Shown: positions 50,616-62,900 of the stretch, piece by piece
Layout of the letters: every line of letters starts with the position of its first letter
How positions within the stretch are numbered: position 1 is the stretch's first letter
Assembly (NCBI RefSeq): GCF_036321535.1
Contig: NC_087467.1
Location: 18,352,001 to 18,416,000 of the forward strand
DNA: 64,000 bases
Direction: 5' to 3'
Source: Camelus dromedarius
Taxonomy: Eukaryota
Made by a program: the position numbers and the translations under genes
Notes under the pieces: generated by a model
The model's input: the letters and a program-made list of their open reading frames with translations, nothing else
The model's database searches: none
Told to the model about the DNA's origin: nothing

Positions 50616-51889
50616 CCCCCCCAACCCCGTCTCTATTTCAAAGAGATTCTCAGCCTTGGTGGCCCAGCTTCCTCCAGTGGTGACTAGAAAAGGCAGTGCC
50701 TTGAAGACAGACAGACCTGGTGCAAATCCTCAGCTGCCAATCACAGGCCGCATGAGCTCAGATGACTCAACTCTCTTATCTCCTGTTTTCTCCTCTGTTA
50801 AGTTAGGGTAACAGCACTGATGACCTACCAGTATAATGAGACAAGTGGCAAATACTGAGCCAAGTGACACGGTGAGTGGCACTTGCATCTGACACACAGG
50901 AAGGAGGCTCTTTAATGCTGCTTTCCTTGCTACGTTATCTGATACAACAAAACTCAGACATTACAAAAGCCGTCTTGAAAACTCCCAGGGGAGGTTTTCC
51001 TGGAGGCGGGGAGGTCCTGTCCTTTTCAGATGTTGGGGTTCGTGCAGCGTGCAGAGCCCACGTTCTGTGTGGGAGAGCACGTTTGAAGATGCCTGTCCTG
51101 AATGTTCAATATGAAAACTTCAGCTCATCCCTCTGGTCTCAATTCGTAGATCCTCTCCTTGGAGAGGCTCTTCTTGGCCATGCACCCGTCTTTGAGCCAT
51201 CCCACACTGGGCCATCCCAGCCCTGAAGCCACCTTCCGAATGAGATGTGGAAAGAAAAGAAAATGCCCTGTGAAGGCTAGCGACGGCCCTTACCGTGGGT
51301 GGGGCGGTGTGGCTGTCTGCTCCGCTCTCCAGCTGCAGCCTTACCAGCTTTGGACCACTGTACCCCATCCCAGCCCTCTGCAGCCCCACCCCCTTCAGTC
51401 ACACAGCATGACTGGCCCCAGCCTCTACTGTCTTGTACCTTGGAAGATGCAGAAACTGTCTTGAATTTCTGAGGTCCTGCAGGATGACTCCCTGTGGGTG
51501 ATTTCAAACTTTTTTCATACTTTCTGTGTTACCATTCAGTACAGAAAAGACAAAAACAACCCAAAAAACCTCCCAAATATTTTCAAGTATGTTTTCCTTT
51601 GCCTTCATGGTCAGCACTAATGATGTCCAGCTAGAGAGGGTTGGAGGGCCGGGTGTGAACCGGATAAGCTCACTCTAAGTTCACGGACTTGAGAATTTAA
51701 AAGCACAGACCCTCTCCAAGCTCTGTTTAAGGCCTGTCAACAAAATCTCCCTAGCTTGCCAGAGTAACTAGGTAGGACACTAGCCCTAAAACGATCCAAT
51801 TAAATTACTAAAACTCTCTCAAACTAACAGCAGTAACTTCGCTTTCTGTACCTGAGGGGCAATATTGCATGATGTTTCAGAATACAAGT

Positions 51890-52090
51890 TTTGGAGGCAG
51901 ACCTAGAGAAGGCTGTTTAATTTCTTTAAACATCAGGGTGTTTTTCTGTTTGTTTGTTTGTTTGTTTTTAACTGTGTAAAATGAGGATTATAACCCTCAC
52001 AGGACTGTTGGGAGGATAAAATGAAATAACATCTGAGAAATGCTCAGAATAGTACCTGACACATAGTAAGTGCTCAATAAATAGTACATG
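51890..52090. mobile_element. MIR
   Basis: tgtaaaatgaggattataaccctcacaggactgttgggaggataaaatga...cctgacacatagtaagtgctcaataaa. Confidence 0.85.
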
Positions 52091-53639
52091 GTCACAAGCA
52101 CAAGGATATCAACCCTTCCGAAAGGGCAATGCCTTGGTTTTGTTTCAGCAGCGACACCGCCGGGTACACCCGTGATCCTGTGCAAAAGGCCTGTGAAACT
52201 GAGGCTATGCTCGTACACAGACGTGGTCCGATGATGTCATCTCATCTCATCTCCACGGCAACCAGACATCTCAGTTATCTAGTCTGGTTGCCAGGTAGGT
52301 GATTGGTGATGAAACAATCTCGGGCCAACACTGTGTGGTTCAGTGCATCCTCTGGCAATGCTCCTGTTACAGACACACTCAAAATTCTGATTTCATGTGA
52401 CTGATAAATTAACAAGTTTAGTCATAAAAGTACTGCTGAAACATTGACCATCCCTGACACGTTTTCATTTTTAATTATTCCCCATGTGTTTACCTGAGAT
52501 AAAAATAAGCAAAACAGAGCAAGAGCAACTTTAAAAAATAGCTCGACTAAGACCTGAAGAGGTTTAAAAAATGTCAAAGTCACGCAAGAAGAAAGTGAAC
52601 CTGTCAAGGTTCCAGTCCAGGTCTTTAACTCAAAGGTGAATACCGCTTACCAGAGGGAGGTTTCTGAGATCCTGGTAATGTTTTATATTTTGCTCTGGGT
52701 GGTGGTTAATTTTGTTTGTTTTGCAATTTATGCTTTTGTAAAAACTAATCAAGCTGCACATGTAAGTTGTGTAACTTTACAGGATATATATTTTATTTCA
52801 TTAAAAAAAATTTTAAGGACCTGAAAAATAAGCAAAACAACCAAAGCTTTTCTACTAAACATATCTCAGAATCTGTCACTTTAGTTCATTTTCTATTGCT
52901 AACCTAAGAGGGGTTAGATTAGGAAGTCTGTTGTCAAAGAAACTTTTTTTGAGCTTAAGAGAAGTTGGCAGCACTTTATTTTATAAGTGATATTGGACAT
53001 GAACAAACGCTTTCTGGAGAAAGGAGTAAAGGAAGCAACATTGGTAGAGAGGGCCCAGTGCCTGGTACACTTAGGAAGTATGAATTTATAAATGAATGGA
53101 GTGCCTGGATGAGCCAAAAGTCTTTGGAATTCCAGGTCCGTAAGTTAGTAGGTCTGTGACCTAGGGCAATGCATTAACTATTTGACGCTTCATTTTACAA
53201 CAATCTGTAGAATGGGACAATAAGGATAAAATGGTCGTAACAGTGAACACTAAGGAGGTATGACGTGTGACAGCCCTTTGTAAACTGCAAAGTGCTGGGC
53301 ACATGTCACAGGACTCGCCGAGCCCATGTAGTGGTAACTGTTGTTACTTTTTTGAGAGCCAGCTGGGTAATTTTTCCAAACCGCAATTCTTCCTGGAGCA
53401 GCATAAATTGAGTTGGCCTTTGGCTGAAACTGAGCCCGGGCTCTAGGGATACCACAAGATGTTTTATAAAATCTGCATAAAGTTGCAAATTTAAGCAAAA
53501 TAGGAGGGGAAAATGCTGTAAAATTTAATAGGGCCAAAGGGAATGGTCTCTAATCAACCAGTTGCACACGTCCCCTCCCAACTGCCCCCAAAGCACTCAT
53601 AATATTATTATAAAAATAATATGGTGACGGGGTGGGGGT

Positions 53640-53757
53640 GAGGGGGTGGGGGGTAGAGCTCAGTGGGAGAGCACATTCTTAGCATGCAGGAGGTCCTGGG
53701 TTCAATCCCCAGTACCTCCATTAAAATAAATAAATGCACTTAATTACCCTCCCCCTC
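53640..53757 (+). mobile_element. Vic-1-like tRNA SINE
   Basis: agctcagtgggagagcacattcttagcatgcaggaggtcctgggttcaatccccagtacctcca, with the taattaccctcccc tail. Confidence 0.9.
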
Positions 53758-54514
53758 TAAATAGATTTTAAAAGTGGTCAAAGTCAAACATAACTTGGAG
53801 AGGAGACAAAATAATTTTTGTTAAATGATGCTCAAATACAGTTGTTAATTTTGGTGGTTTTTGAGTAAATGAGTAGAAATGTTGGGACTGGCCGGTCTGA
53901 CAGTAACCATAGCGAGTGCCTGTTGGGGGCCTCTATTTTCTTGGATGGAAGCGTGCTTCTAGGGAGAAAAGGTTCTGAATCACTGAAGACAGGCTCCAGG
54001 GGGGCCCTGTTTGAATTTGGAGCAGGGAGGAAAGCTGGTCACAAGCAGATTATCTCTCAGGGAGCTGCTGGAGGGTGGGCCTTGGAAACACCAGGGAGGG
54101 GTGAAAAAATCCAAGGGGGATCTTGGCAAGTGGAGGAGGCCCAGGCGGAGAGAGCGAGTCCGGGCAACGGAAAGGGAGGTGACGGGGAACGGGAGGCCCA
54201 GGAAGCATTTTTCATTGCTTTGTCTGAGGCTGAGGCGTCCCTGCGCACAACTGTGAAGTGGGTCAGATTTCATGAGTCTCTCTAGGAAACAGGAGAGCTG
54301 CAGGGCCCGTGCTGTACCCCCCACCCCCACCGCGCTCATTCCAGAGTTCCCAGATCCTCTTCAGTCCCTTAAGTACTTGCTCTTTGAAAGGTAAAAATCT
54401 AGCTAATCTGATAGAGGAATGCATTGGGAGATGGGGGTGGGGTGCATTTTTTAAAGAATTCTTGCAAACATTTCCTTCCTCCAGAGTAATAAATATTTAA
54501 AAAGGTCTGGCTGC

Positions 54515-54648
54515 GGGGAGGGGATAGCTCAGTGGTAGAGTGAGTGCTTAGCATGCCACAAGGTCCTCGGTTCAAACCTCAGTACCTCCATTAAAATAAA
54601 TAAGTAAATAAACCTAATTACCTCCCCCCACCCCAAATAAAACTAAAA
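54515..54648 (+). mobile_element. Vic-1-like tRNA SINE
   Basis: gggatagctcagtggtagagtgagtgcttagcatgc...ggttcaaacc, with the aaacctaattacctcccc tail. Confidence 0.9.
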
Positions 54649-54654
54649 TGACGG

Positions 54655-54835
54655 TCTGAACAACAAGGTCCTACTGTACAGCACAGGGAACTACATTCAA
54701 TGTCTTGTAATAGCCTATAATGGAAAAGAATACGAAAAGGGATATGTATGTATAACTGAGTCACTGTGCTGTACAGCAGAAATTAACACAACACTGTAAA
54801 CAGACTATACTTCAATTAAAAAACAAAACCAAAAA
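54655..54835 (+). mobile_element. Laurasiatherian L1 3' end
   Basis: caacaaggtcctactgtacagcacagggaactacattcaat...gctgtacagcagaaattaacacaacactgtaaa...ttcaattaaaaaa. Confidence 0.88.
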
Positions 54836-55084
54836 GAGAAGGTCTCTGTAAAATCTGCCTTAATTCCAAGGAACGTCTAAAACTGGGAATTTCCAGCTGC
54901 TGGTAGACCTGCAGTGGCAGTAAACACTTTTCTGTGACTCTCAAAGCATAACTAAGCCTGGAAAGGGAAGAACTAAATTGTATATTTTACCTGTTGTAGG
55001 CATGCAATTGCACTAAATACTTTTTACACATGATCGTCATTTTATTTTACAGACTCGGAGATGCAGGTAAAGTTCAGGGAGGCT

Positions 55085-55790
55085 TGTAGCCTGCTGTGGC
55101 CATGGCATATTCCAAAGGTGGCTAAAACAACATCTTCCGTGTTCCTCTAGAGCAGGGGTCAGGAAGCTTTTCTATAAAAAGCTGCATGGTAAATATTTGT
55201 GGCTTTGCAGACCACGCAGTCTCTGTCCCAAATGCTCGATTTTGATACTGCGACAAAGCCAAAACCGATATGTAACCAAACGGGCAGAGCTGTCTTGGAG
55301 AGGGGAGGCCGATTTGGTCCAGGGGCCATAATTTGCCAACCCTGCTCTAGAACTTTGCCACTTCCCACCTTGAGGTGGAGTTGAATTCCCCTCCCCTTGA
55401 ATTTGCGGAAGTGTCTTATTTGCTTGTGACCAAGAGTGCGAAGGAGCTGGCCCTGCAGACCTGCGAGGCTCCTCAGAACAGGCGGTGCCCTTTACCCCCT
55501 TGTCCCCGGGACCGCTGCCTGCCTGGAGCCCTGGCCACCACAGAAGCACCCAGCTGCCCCGTGGCCGCCGTGCAGTAGGGGAGCCCAAGTCTGCTGCGGG
55601 GGAAGATCACACGCAGAGGCCTGGAGGCTCTAAGGGGGGAGAGAGCCCCTCAGCCAGCCCCCAGTGTCCCAGCCCCCCACCCAACTGCAGACTCGGGAGG
55701 GACGCTGAGCCAGAACTACCCAAATTCCTGCCCCGTAGAAACGGAGAAATAATAGCACGCTTGCTGGGTTTTTAAGACACTAAGCAAAAA
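55085..55790 (+). mobile_element. MLT1F/G-like MaLR LTR interrupted by MER58A
   Basis: gaggtggagttgaattcccctccccttgaat...ccagaactacccaaattcctgccccgtagaaacggagaaataa...ttttaagacactaag. Confidence 0.65.
55153..55344. mobile_element. MER58A-like hAT-Charlie MITE
   Basis: Terminal inverted repeats CAGGGGT...AACCCTG with an 8-bp duplication ctctagag/ctctagaa (55145-55152, 55345-55352). Confidence 0.85.
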
Positions 55791-55904
55791 ACTTAGAACA
55801 CTGTCCCGACACTAGTGAGTGGCCCATGTGGGACTCAAACCTGGGTTGGCCTGACCGCAGCCCTGTGCTTGTTCTATTACATGACTGCTTCCAGCAGCCT
55901 TAAA

Positions 55905-56160
55905 AAAAAATTGCTGCTAAAATACACGTAACATGAAACTCACCATGTTAATCCTTTTTGAGTACAGTTCAGTGAGTACTGTTGTGCATCCGTCTCCAGA
56001 CCCTTTTCATCATGTAAAACTGAAATTCTCTCCTCATTAAACAAGAACTTCCCCAGCCCCTGGCAATCACCTTTCTACTTTCTGTCTCTATGGATTTGAT
56101 GTGCGTGGAATCCTACAGCGTTTGTCCTTTTTGTGACTGGCTTATTTCACTAGTGTACAC
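55905..56160 (-). mobile_element. L1MA/MB 3' end
   Basis: ccccagcccctggcaatcacctttctactttctgtctctatggatttg...ttttgtgactggcttatttcact. Confidence 0.8.
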
Positions 56161-56833
56161 ATGTGTGTATATACACGTTAAAGCCCACATCAGGTACAGT
56201 CAGACCAATGAGGAGCAAAGTTTTGTCAAGGAAAAATATCAGAGATTCCAGGCCTCCTGAGTCACAGATGCAAGGTCCCGAGCAGGACCTTGCAACCACA
56301 GTCACTCCAATGACAGCTCACAGCATCCTACCTCTAAAAGGCTTTGAAGAAAGAGGAACCCATGAATCAAGACTAAGATAAGGCTGTTTGGTTTGTTTCA
56401 ACTTGTGGGCTGTTTGACTTCTTTCTTGGAGCCATGCCTTGAGAATGAAATCATTTTCCACCACACAGCCCCCTCCAAGGGCAGCGAACACCAGCCCTCA
56501 CTGTCTGTTCCTTTATTTCCTCTGTGTCCAGGGTGAGTGTTGACTTGGTGGAATTTCTGTGACTCTCTGTGAATTGTGTATCAAGCAAAAAACCTTCTGC
56601 AGGGAATCAACTCTAGGGAGGGTGAGGCTTAAATGTTGCTTCTTGCTTAACACAGATTAGACTCAGCCTGGGGGCGTGTCACTGAACTACTTCGCCTTCC
56701 CCGCATCCCCCCAAACCCCCACATCCCTGACCGAAAGCACACACTTTGCTAGTCAATGGCTTGGCCTTCCCCTCCCCGCACACGCCCCAGTTCCACCAAG
56801 AGAGGACAGAAGCCTTCTGGGGTCCCAGCCCAC

Positions 56834-57200
56834 TGTGATGAGTTGTGTGTGTCCCCTCCTCAGATTCACATATTCAAATCATCACTCTCAGTTCTTCCAG
56901 ATGCAACTTCACTTGGAGATAAGGTCTTTAAAGAGGTGATTAATTTAAGCTGAGGTAAAATGAAGGTGGGCTGGAATGCAATATGACTGGGTTCTTAATA
57001 GAAGAGAGACACACCAGGAGGTGTGCAGACGCAGGGAAGACGGCCGCCTGCAAGGCAAGGGGAGAACTGGCCTTCCCCCACTGTGACCTTGGACGTCCAG
57101 GCCCCAGACTGTGAGAACATAGATTTCCAGATTTTGCGCTTGTCTGCAGCCCGAGCACATGAACACACTTGCCGACAGCAAGTTCACAGCCCAGAGGCTG
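56834..57200 (+). mobile_element. MLT1B/C-like MaLR LTR
   Basis: ttggagataaggtctttaaagaggtgatt...ccttggacgtccaggccccagactgtgagaacatagatttc. Confidence 0.8.
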
Positions 57201-57699
57201 GGATTTCAGCCCAGAAAAGTTCTGAAGGTCATAATCGGAAACTGAAAAGTCAGGCAAGCTTTTCTCACAGTTCCTCTTTCCTCGTCTGTGACCAGCGGCC
57301 CTCCGGCAGGTCTGGAAGGTGGGGCTGGTGGCAGAGTCTGGGGTGAGGGCTGACCTTCATGAGCCCAGTAGGGACACGGAGGCTCCCGGCTCAGAAGAGG
57401 AGGGACCCAGGCTCTAGGTTCTAGAAAGTCCAGCAAGTGCGGGGAGATTAGGAGGTGTTGTGGGCCTGGTCTAAGAGCCTCGCCTTGCAGGCCCTGCATG
57501 AGTGCCTCCTCTCTTCCCCTGGGCTCCCGAGGCCTGCCTTCCTCCGCTCCTGTTCCTCTGTCTCTGCAAGACTGCTTCATTTCCAGAAGAGTCTGAAGAA
57601 GGGGCTGCATCATGCATATCCTGGTACAGTTTCGGTTTCCCTTTGGTGGGAAGGGCACCAGGGGACAGGAGGGACCTCTGTGGGAGGGTGAGCAGCTGT

Positions 57700-58115
57700 C
57701 GGACAGCTGGGGTGGTAGATGGAACGAAGGCCCCTAAAGATGCCCACCTCCTGACCCTCAGAATCTGGTGCGATTAAGTCAAGGATCTTAAAATGGAAGG
57801 ATTAGCCTGGATTACCCAGGCGGGCTCAGTTGGCGTGGGCCAGTGCCGTCACAAGGGTTCTCATAAGAGGGAAACAGTCAGAGGAGAGGTGACTCCAGAG
57901 ACGGAGGAGTGTGTGAGAGGGAGGGAGGGAGAGGTTTGAAGATTCTCTGCCGCTGCTGTTTTGGAGGAGGGAGGAAGAGGCCACCGGGCAAGGAGATAGG
58001 CGTCCTCTAGAAGCTGGGAAAGCTGAGGAGCTGGACTCCCCCCAGCGCCTCCATCGCGGAGGGCAGCCCTTGCAGACCCATTTTCGACTCCTGATTTCCA
58101 TAGAAAATGAAATAA
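57700..58115 (+). mobile_element. MLT1D/E-like MaLR LTR
   Basis: attaagtcaaggatcttaaaatggaaggattagcctggattacccaggcggg...ctctagaagctgggaaagc. Confidence 0.78.
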
Positions 58116-58144
58116 CAGACACAGCAAAAGCTCCCATGCCCTAA

Positions 58145-58310
58145 AATGGTGGTTCTCAAACGTGGTCCCCCAGCCAGCTGTGTCAGTAGCCCCGGGAACT
58201 TGTGGGTCGGATTCTCAGGCCGCACCTATAGTTCGGAAGCTCTGGGGGTGGGGCTGGGCCAGCTGCAGTTTAAAAAGCCCTTCAGGTGGTTCTGAGGCAC
58301 ATTAAGGTTT
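58145..58310. mobile_element. MER5A-like hAT MITE
   Basis: gtggttctcaaacgtggtcccc...tttaaaagcccttcaggtggttctgaggcacattaaggttt. Confidence 0.75.
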
Positions 58311-58769
58311 ACCTTAAAAATCAGTGTCCTGGGTTGGTTCTTCAGGAATGAAAGGTACTTGTGGCCCCTTGGATATATGTGTGTGTTCCCGCTGAATCTA
58401 CAGTTAAACCAGTTGTCTCATGGTTTATGCTCGGCTTGGAGTCTGGGACTGATTTGCTTAATAATCCCCACAGGATGAACTCTGCAGGGGAAATGGGGGA
58501 GAAAGGGGCCCAGAATCCAGTCTTCCCGTGTCTACAGGTCCCACCCCCCTCACAGCCTGTGCTAGAAGAGACCAGGAACAAGGCTAGACGGTGGTCACAG
58601 AGCCCCGCGCAGTCACGTGCGCTGGGGCCAGAAGGGGTGGCTATTTCCTCTCCCCTCTTCCTAACTCCTTTCCTGTCTGAGGCCGTCCTCAACATGCTAG
58701 TTGGAAAGATACTCACTGAAAACATGAGTGAGTCACCCCTTCCAGCCAGAGCCTCACGTTACGGAGTCA

Positions 58770-58990
58770 CACGGCTGTAGATTTCAGTCCTGGCTCAGCC
58801 TCCTATGAGCCGGGCAATCTTGGGCGCTTAATTTCTCTGAGCCTCAGTGTCCTTGTCTGTCAAATGGGCATGCTCAAAGTACTTCTCTGATAGAGTTGTT
58901 GAGAGGTTAAGTGAGATAATACAGGTAAAGGTTGCAGTGCAGGACCGAGAACAAAGTAAACGCTTAATGCTGTTGTGATTAACTGTAGTT
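58770..58990. mobile_element. MIR
   Basis: ttaatttctctgagcctcagtgtccttgtctgtcaaatggg...gttgagaggttaagtgagataata. Confidence 0.8.
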
Positions 58991-60220
58991 AATGCTGTTC
59001 ATTGCATTAATAGCCGTTATTTCTGGCAGACCTAATAATAATCTCTTATTTTCACGTATATAGTGGCTTCACGTATATATAGCATATATAGTGGATCTAA
59101 TACACAAGTTCACCTACATAAGGGGTTCAATCCATTTTAAATTCTGAGAGATAACCTCTCCTTGAGATTCTTCAAAAGGTTGTGAAAAGGAAGGTCTTCC
59201 TCTCCTATGAAATGAGGTGTCTCTCCCGCCTTGCCAACTGATGGAGCCGCTCCCACCGCCTGCGTCTCCAGCCCCGGGGTGCGGGTGGGGCGTCTGGGTG
59301 GATGTTCCCGCTTCCCTGCCCTGCTAGCTCTCCTCTGACCCGTTCAGTTCCATCTGGTACTTTTCCTCCGTCGTCCTCAGACCCAGTCTTCATCTGTCCC
59401 AGACAGCTGCTGCCACATCCCTCTGCTTCAGAAGCAGAAGCAAAGGGCGTTTTAGGACCTTTCCGGGTGAGTGACAGCATCTGAGATGAGACTGATAAAA
59501 TCCCAGTGCTTAGGGCTACCGGACTCTCCCCCAGTCACCTCCGCCCAACCTCTCTCGCGACACCGAAACCTGGGTTGTCTGATGTTCCTCTGAGCAATCC
59601 CATTACATCAGCCTCTGCTGTGAGACTGGGGACGTTGGTGATCTAAGTGTAAACTGTCCCCTCGGAAGAGTGGGTCTGGGACACCCAGCACGCGCCCGGC
59701 CACTGTGGGACGAGCTCGGGCTCCATGGGGGCCACCCCGGGTATCTGTCCCTGATGGCAGACAGGGTATTATTCCAGCTCCCTGTGGATGCTGCAGGGTT
59801 TTTCCTCAGCCACCGCAGGGCACCGAGGGAAAGCACTCCAGGAAACCAGAAGGGCTGGGCTGGCCTCTGGAATTATGGAGGAAGCAGCTTGGTGTGCTGG
59901 CGACTGCTCCTTTCTGCTGATTTCTGCCGTGTCACTGTCTCTGAGCTGCAGGCGCATTGGAGCGCACTCACTAACCATCCAAATCCCACAAACGTTGAGC
60001 TCTACCTTTCTTAGAAGGGAAGAGCCTATTAATTTCTCCTTTACAGAAACAGTGCATGATAAGCAGGTCATGAAAAACACTATTCACAAGGACGGGGCAA
60101 ACTAACAGATGGGAACACCCCACTCCCTTTTCATTCAGATATTTTCTGTTTATTCTGTTTAAAGGGAGGGATTTGTCTTAATATCACACCTGATCTAGAC
60201 CTTATGCACCTGAGGGTACC

Positions 60221-60600
60221 TGTTAGGGACTGAATGTTTGTGTAAGCTCCCCCCTCCCCCAATTCATCTGTTGAAGCCTTAACGCCATCGTGCTGGGGGC
60301 TGGAGAGGTAATTAGGTTTAGAGTGGGGCCCCCTTGATGGGATCAGTGCCCTGATGGGAAGAGACACCCACGAGATTTCTCCCTGTCTGTCTTTCTCCGT
60401 CTTCACATGGAAAGGCCACGTGAAGACTCTGCAAGAAGGCAGCCCTCTGCCACCCAGGGTGAGACCTCCCACCAGACACCCACCCAGCTGGTGCTCTGAG
60501 CTTGGACTTTCCAGCCTCCAGAACACTGAGAAAACACATGCCTCTTGTTTAAGCCTCCCCGCCTGTGACGCTTTGTTAGGGCAACCCCATAAGACTAAGG
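60221..60600 (+). mobile_element. MLT1A/MST-like MaLR solo LTR
   Basis: tgttagggactgaatgtttgtg...gaggtaattaggtttag...cttggactttccagcctccagaacactgagaaaac...tttaagcc. Confidence 0.85.
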
Positions 60601-61356
60601 TAGGACCTCAAGAGCAAAAGGATCTAAACTCCAAGAAACAGACCACAAAGGCCCAGACAAAATAGAGAATGGTCCCCCACAGGTGCTCCCAGAAGCAAAG
60701 TCTCCTCACCACTCACAGAACATGCAGAAGAGGAGAACCAAAGTGATGGGCCCTGAACCTGCCACCCGAGCCTCTGCCTTACCCAGTCGGGGGTCCTGGC
60801 GGAGATTTCCCCCAGCCTGCTTCCCAGAGGAGATGGCTCTTCATTCTTCTCTCCCAAGCAGGCTTCACCTCCCTCTTCATGGAAACCTTTACATCCCTTG
60901 CCTACTGATTTTGCGATGGTCAAATCCTACAACGATTCTCAGGTTAGACAAGGATTTGGGCACGCCCCACATACTAGCTTTGGTGGCCAAGACCTATGCG
61001 CAGTTCTGGTTACTGGGTCATCACACCTCTCAGAGGTTGTGTGTATATTTTTGGGGTGAGGGGGGTCACAGGGAAGAGGAGAGACCAACGGGTCAAGCAC
61101 GTTGCCTTGGCGACGCTTGGCGGGTATAGTGCTACTTAAACAGCGCCCCAAACAGAACGGTCACAGGCTGAATTAGTGATTGTTTTCAGATTAGATCTGG
61201 GGCAATTTCAAGCATTCCTAATAGAAAATCGTTTGCTTCCAGGCAGTTAAACCAAAAGCATATATTTTCATTCTGAGGGACAGAAAGTAGATTCGTGGTT
61301 GTTTAGGTTTGGGGTTAGAGGGTGAAGAGCAGCTAACTGGGGTGACGACAGTGTTC

Positions 61357-61484
61357 NNNNNNNNNNNNNNNNNNNNNNNNNNNNNNNNNNNNNNNNNNNN
61401 NNNNNNNNNNNNNNNNNNNNNNNNNNNNNNNNNNNNNNNNNNNNNNNNNNNNNNNNNNNNNNNNNNNNNNNNNNNNNNNNNNNN
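61357..61484. other. N gap (128 nt)
   Basis: Seen directly. Confidence 0.99.
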
Positions 61485-61899
61485 GTTAAAAATTTAATTC
61501 TGAAACAATGTCACAGCCTCATAAAAATAGCCCTCATATTTTATTAGTTTTTTTTTTTAACTGATTTCTGATGTGTGATTGATAAAACTTGAGGTTACAT
61601 GTGTTCTTGAGAAGAACAGATGGGAGAAGTTACAGGGCTTCTGAGCTCAGGGAAGACACTGACCGAGTCCCAAGCACGCGAATGCGGGGAGCGGATTGGT
61701 TCTGTCTGAGTGATCCGCCCCGCCCCCGCCCGGACAGAGGGGACTGCTAAAGCATGCGCAGCTGCTCACACCCAGTCCCTACAGCCCTTCCTCTGCGCTC
61801 TACCGCCCTAAATGTCATCCAGCTGATTCTCCAACAGGAGGGCTTATCAGAATTTTGGGGGGCAGGGGGGCGCAGAATGTGGAGGGGGATGTAATTTGA

Positions 61900-62537
61900 A
61901 AAAGCATGGTTTGCCTTATAGTATTCTGTTAAAGGGCTCCCTTCTCTCTGTGTATATAATACGCTTAAAGCATTATTACAAAATGAACATCCTGTAACCA
62001 CCATCCAGGGCAAGTTATGGAATGCTGTCAGCACCCCAGAAGCCCCCAGTTCACACCCCGTCTACATCTTTCCCCCGTTATAAACCCCTGCCCACCCTAG
62101 GAGTAACCACTTTTTCAAATCTCCTAGTCATTTTAAAACAGTTTTTGTTCCCTGCAGATCTTCTAAAGCTTATCTTTTATTTCTTTAAATGCAGAATGTC
62201 TCTTTGTAACAATTCTAATAATCTAAACATCTTAATCCTGGGAGGGTCTGTTCTTTTCTGGCTCATGGTGCCTTGTTTCCTTGTGTGCTTGATTCTTTTT
62301 GACAGTGAGCAGATCATTTTCCTTGGAAAATTATTTTGGAAAGCTGTATGTGGCCTAGAAAAATATTCCTTTTTCTTTAGAGGATCAGCATTTGAACTAT
62401 TCATGGATCGAGTGAGGTCCTTTGAACCACCCAGTTGATGTGAATTCTGGCCAAGGACGTGACAGTACATGTAATGAATGGATTACAACTTGTAATGAAT
62501 GGATAATCCCCTACCTTAGTACCAAGACAGAAATTTC

Positions 62538-62589
<52 letters not shown>

Positions 62590-62900
62590 TTGTTTTGTTT
62601 GGAGCTGAGGATGGGGAGTGGCTCATATAGGGATGATTACCTTCAGGTTCATCCTTACCTGTAGGGGATAATCTTTCGGGTTGCTAGTTTTCTGGGATGG
62701 GGTTTTTCTATTAGACTTCTTGGGCAGGCTCTGGGTTTTCATATCTGCCTGCTTCTTCCACCTCTAGGGGACAACCAAAATTACTGATTGATTATGAACC
62801 TGTGATCAACCTGATTCAGCAAATGCCCTCAGGGCAGAATCGTCACTATTTTGGTTACTCTTCAACTTTCTGCTTTGCAATAACTCGTTATTAACTCATT
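61900..62900 (-). mobile_element. Ancient L1ME-like fragments
   Basis: gtaaccaccatccagggcaagttatggaat...gtaaccactttt (3' end) and ttgacagtgagcagatcattttccttggaaaatt (internal). Confidence 0.55.
62540..62588. repeat. (TG)n microsatellite, about 24 units
   Basis: Seen directly. Confidence 0.97.

Noticed and set aside
848-54648. tRNA-Ala(AGC)-like sequences as real tRNA genes
   Set aside because: All ten copies carry substitutions that disrupt stems, and most show the shared AT-rich plus cctaattacc tail or target-site duplications, so they are SINEs.
62470-62504. tgtaatgaatggat repeated with a 21-nt period
   Set aside because: A two-copy local duplication inside a decayed L1; too short to suggest function and not CRISPR-like.
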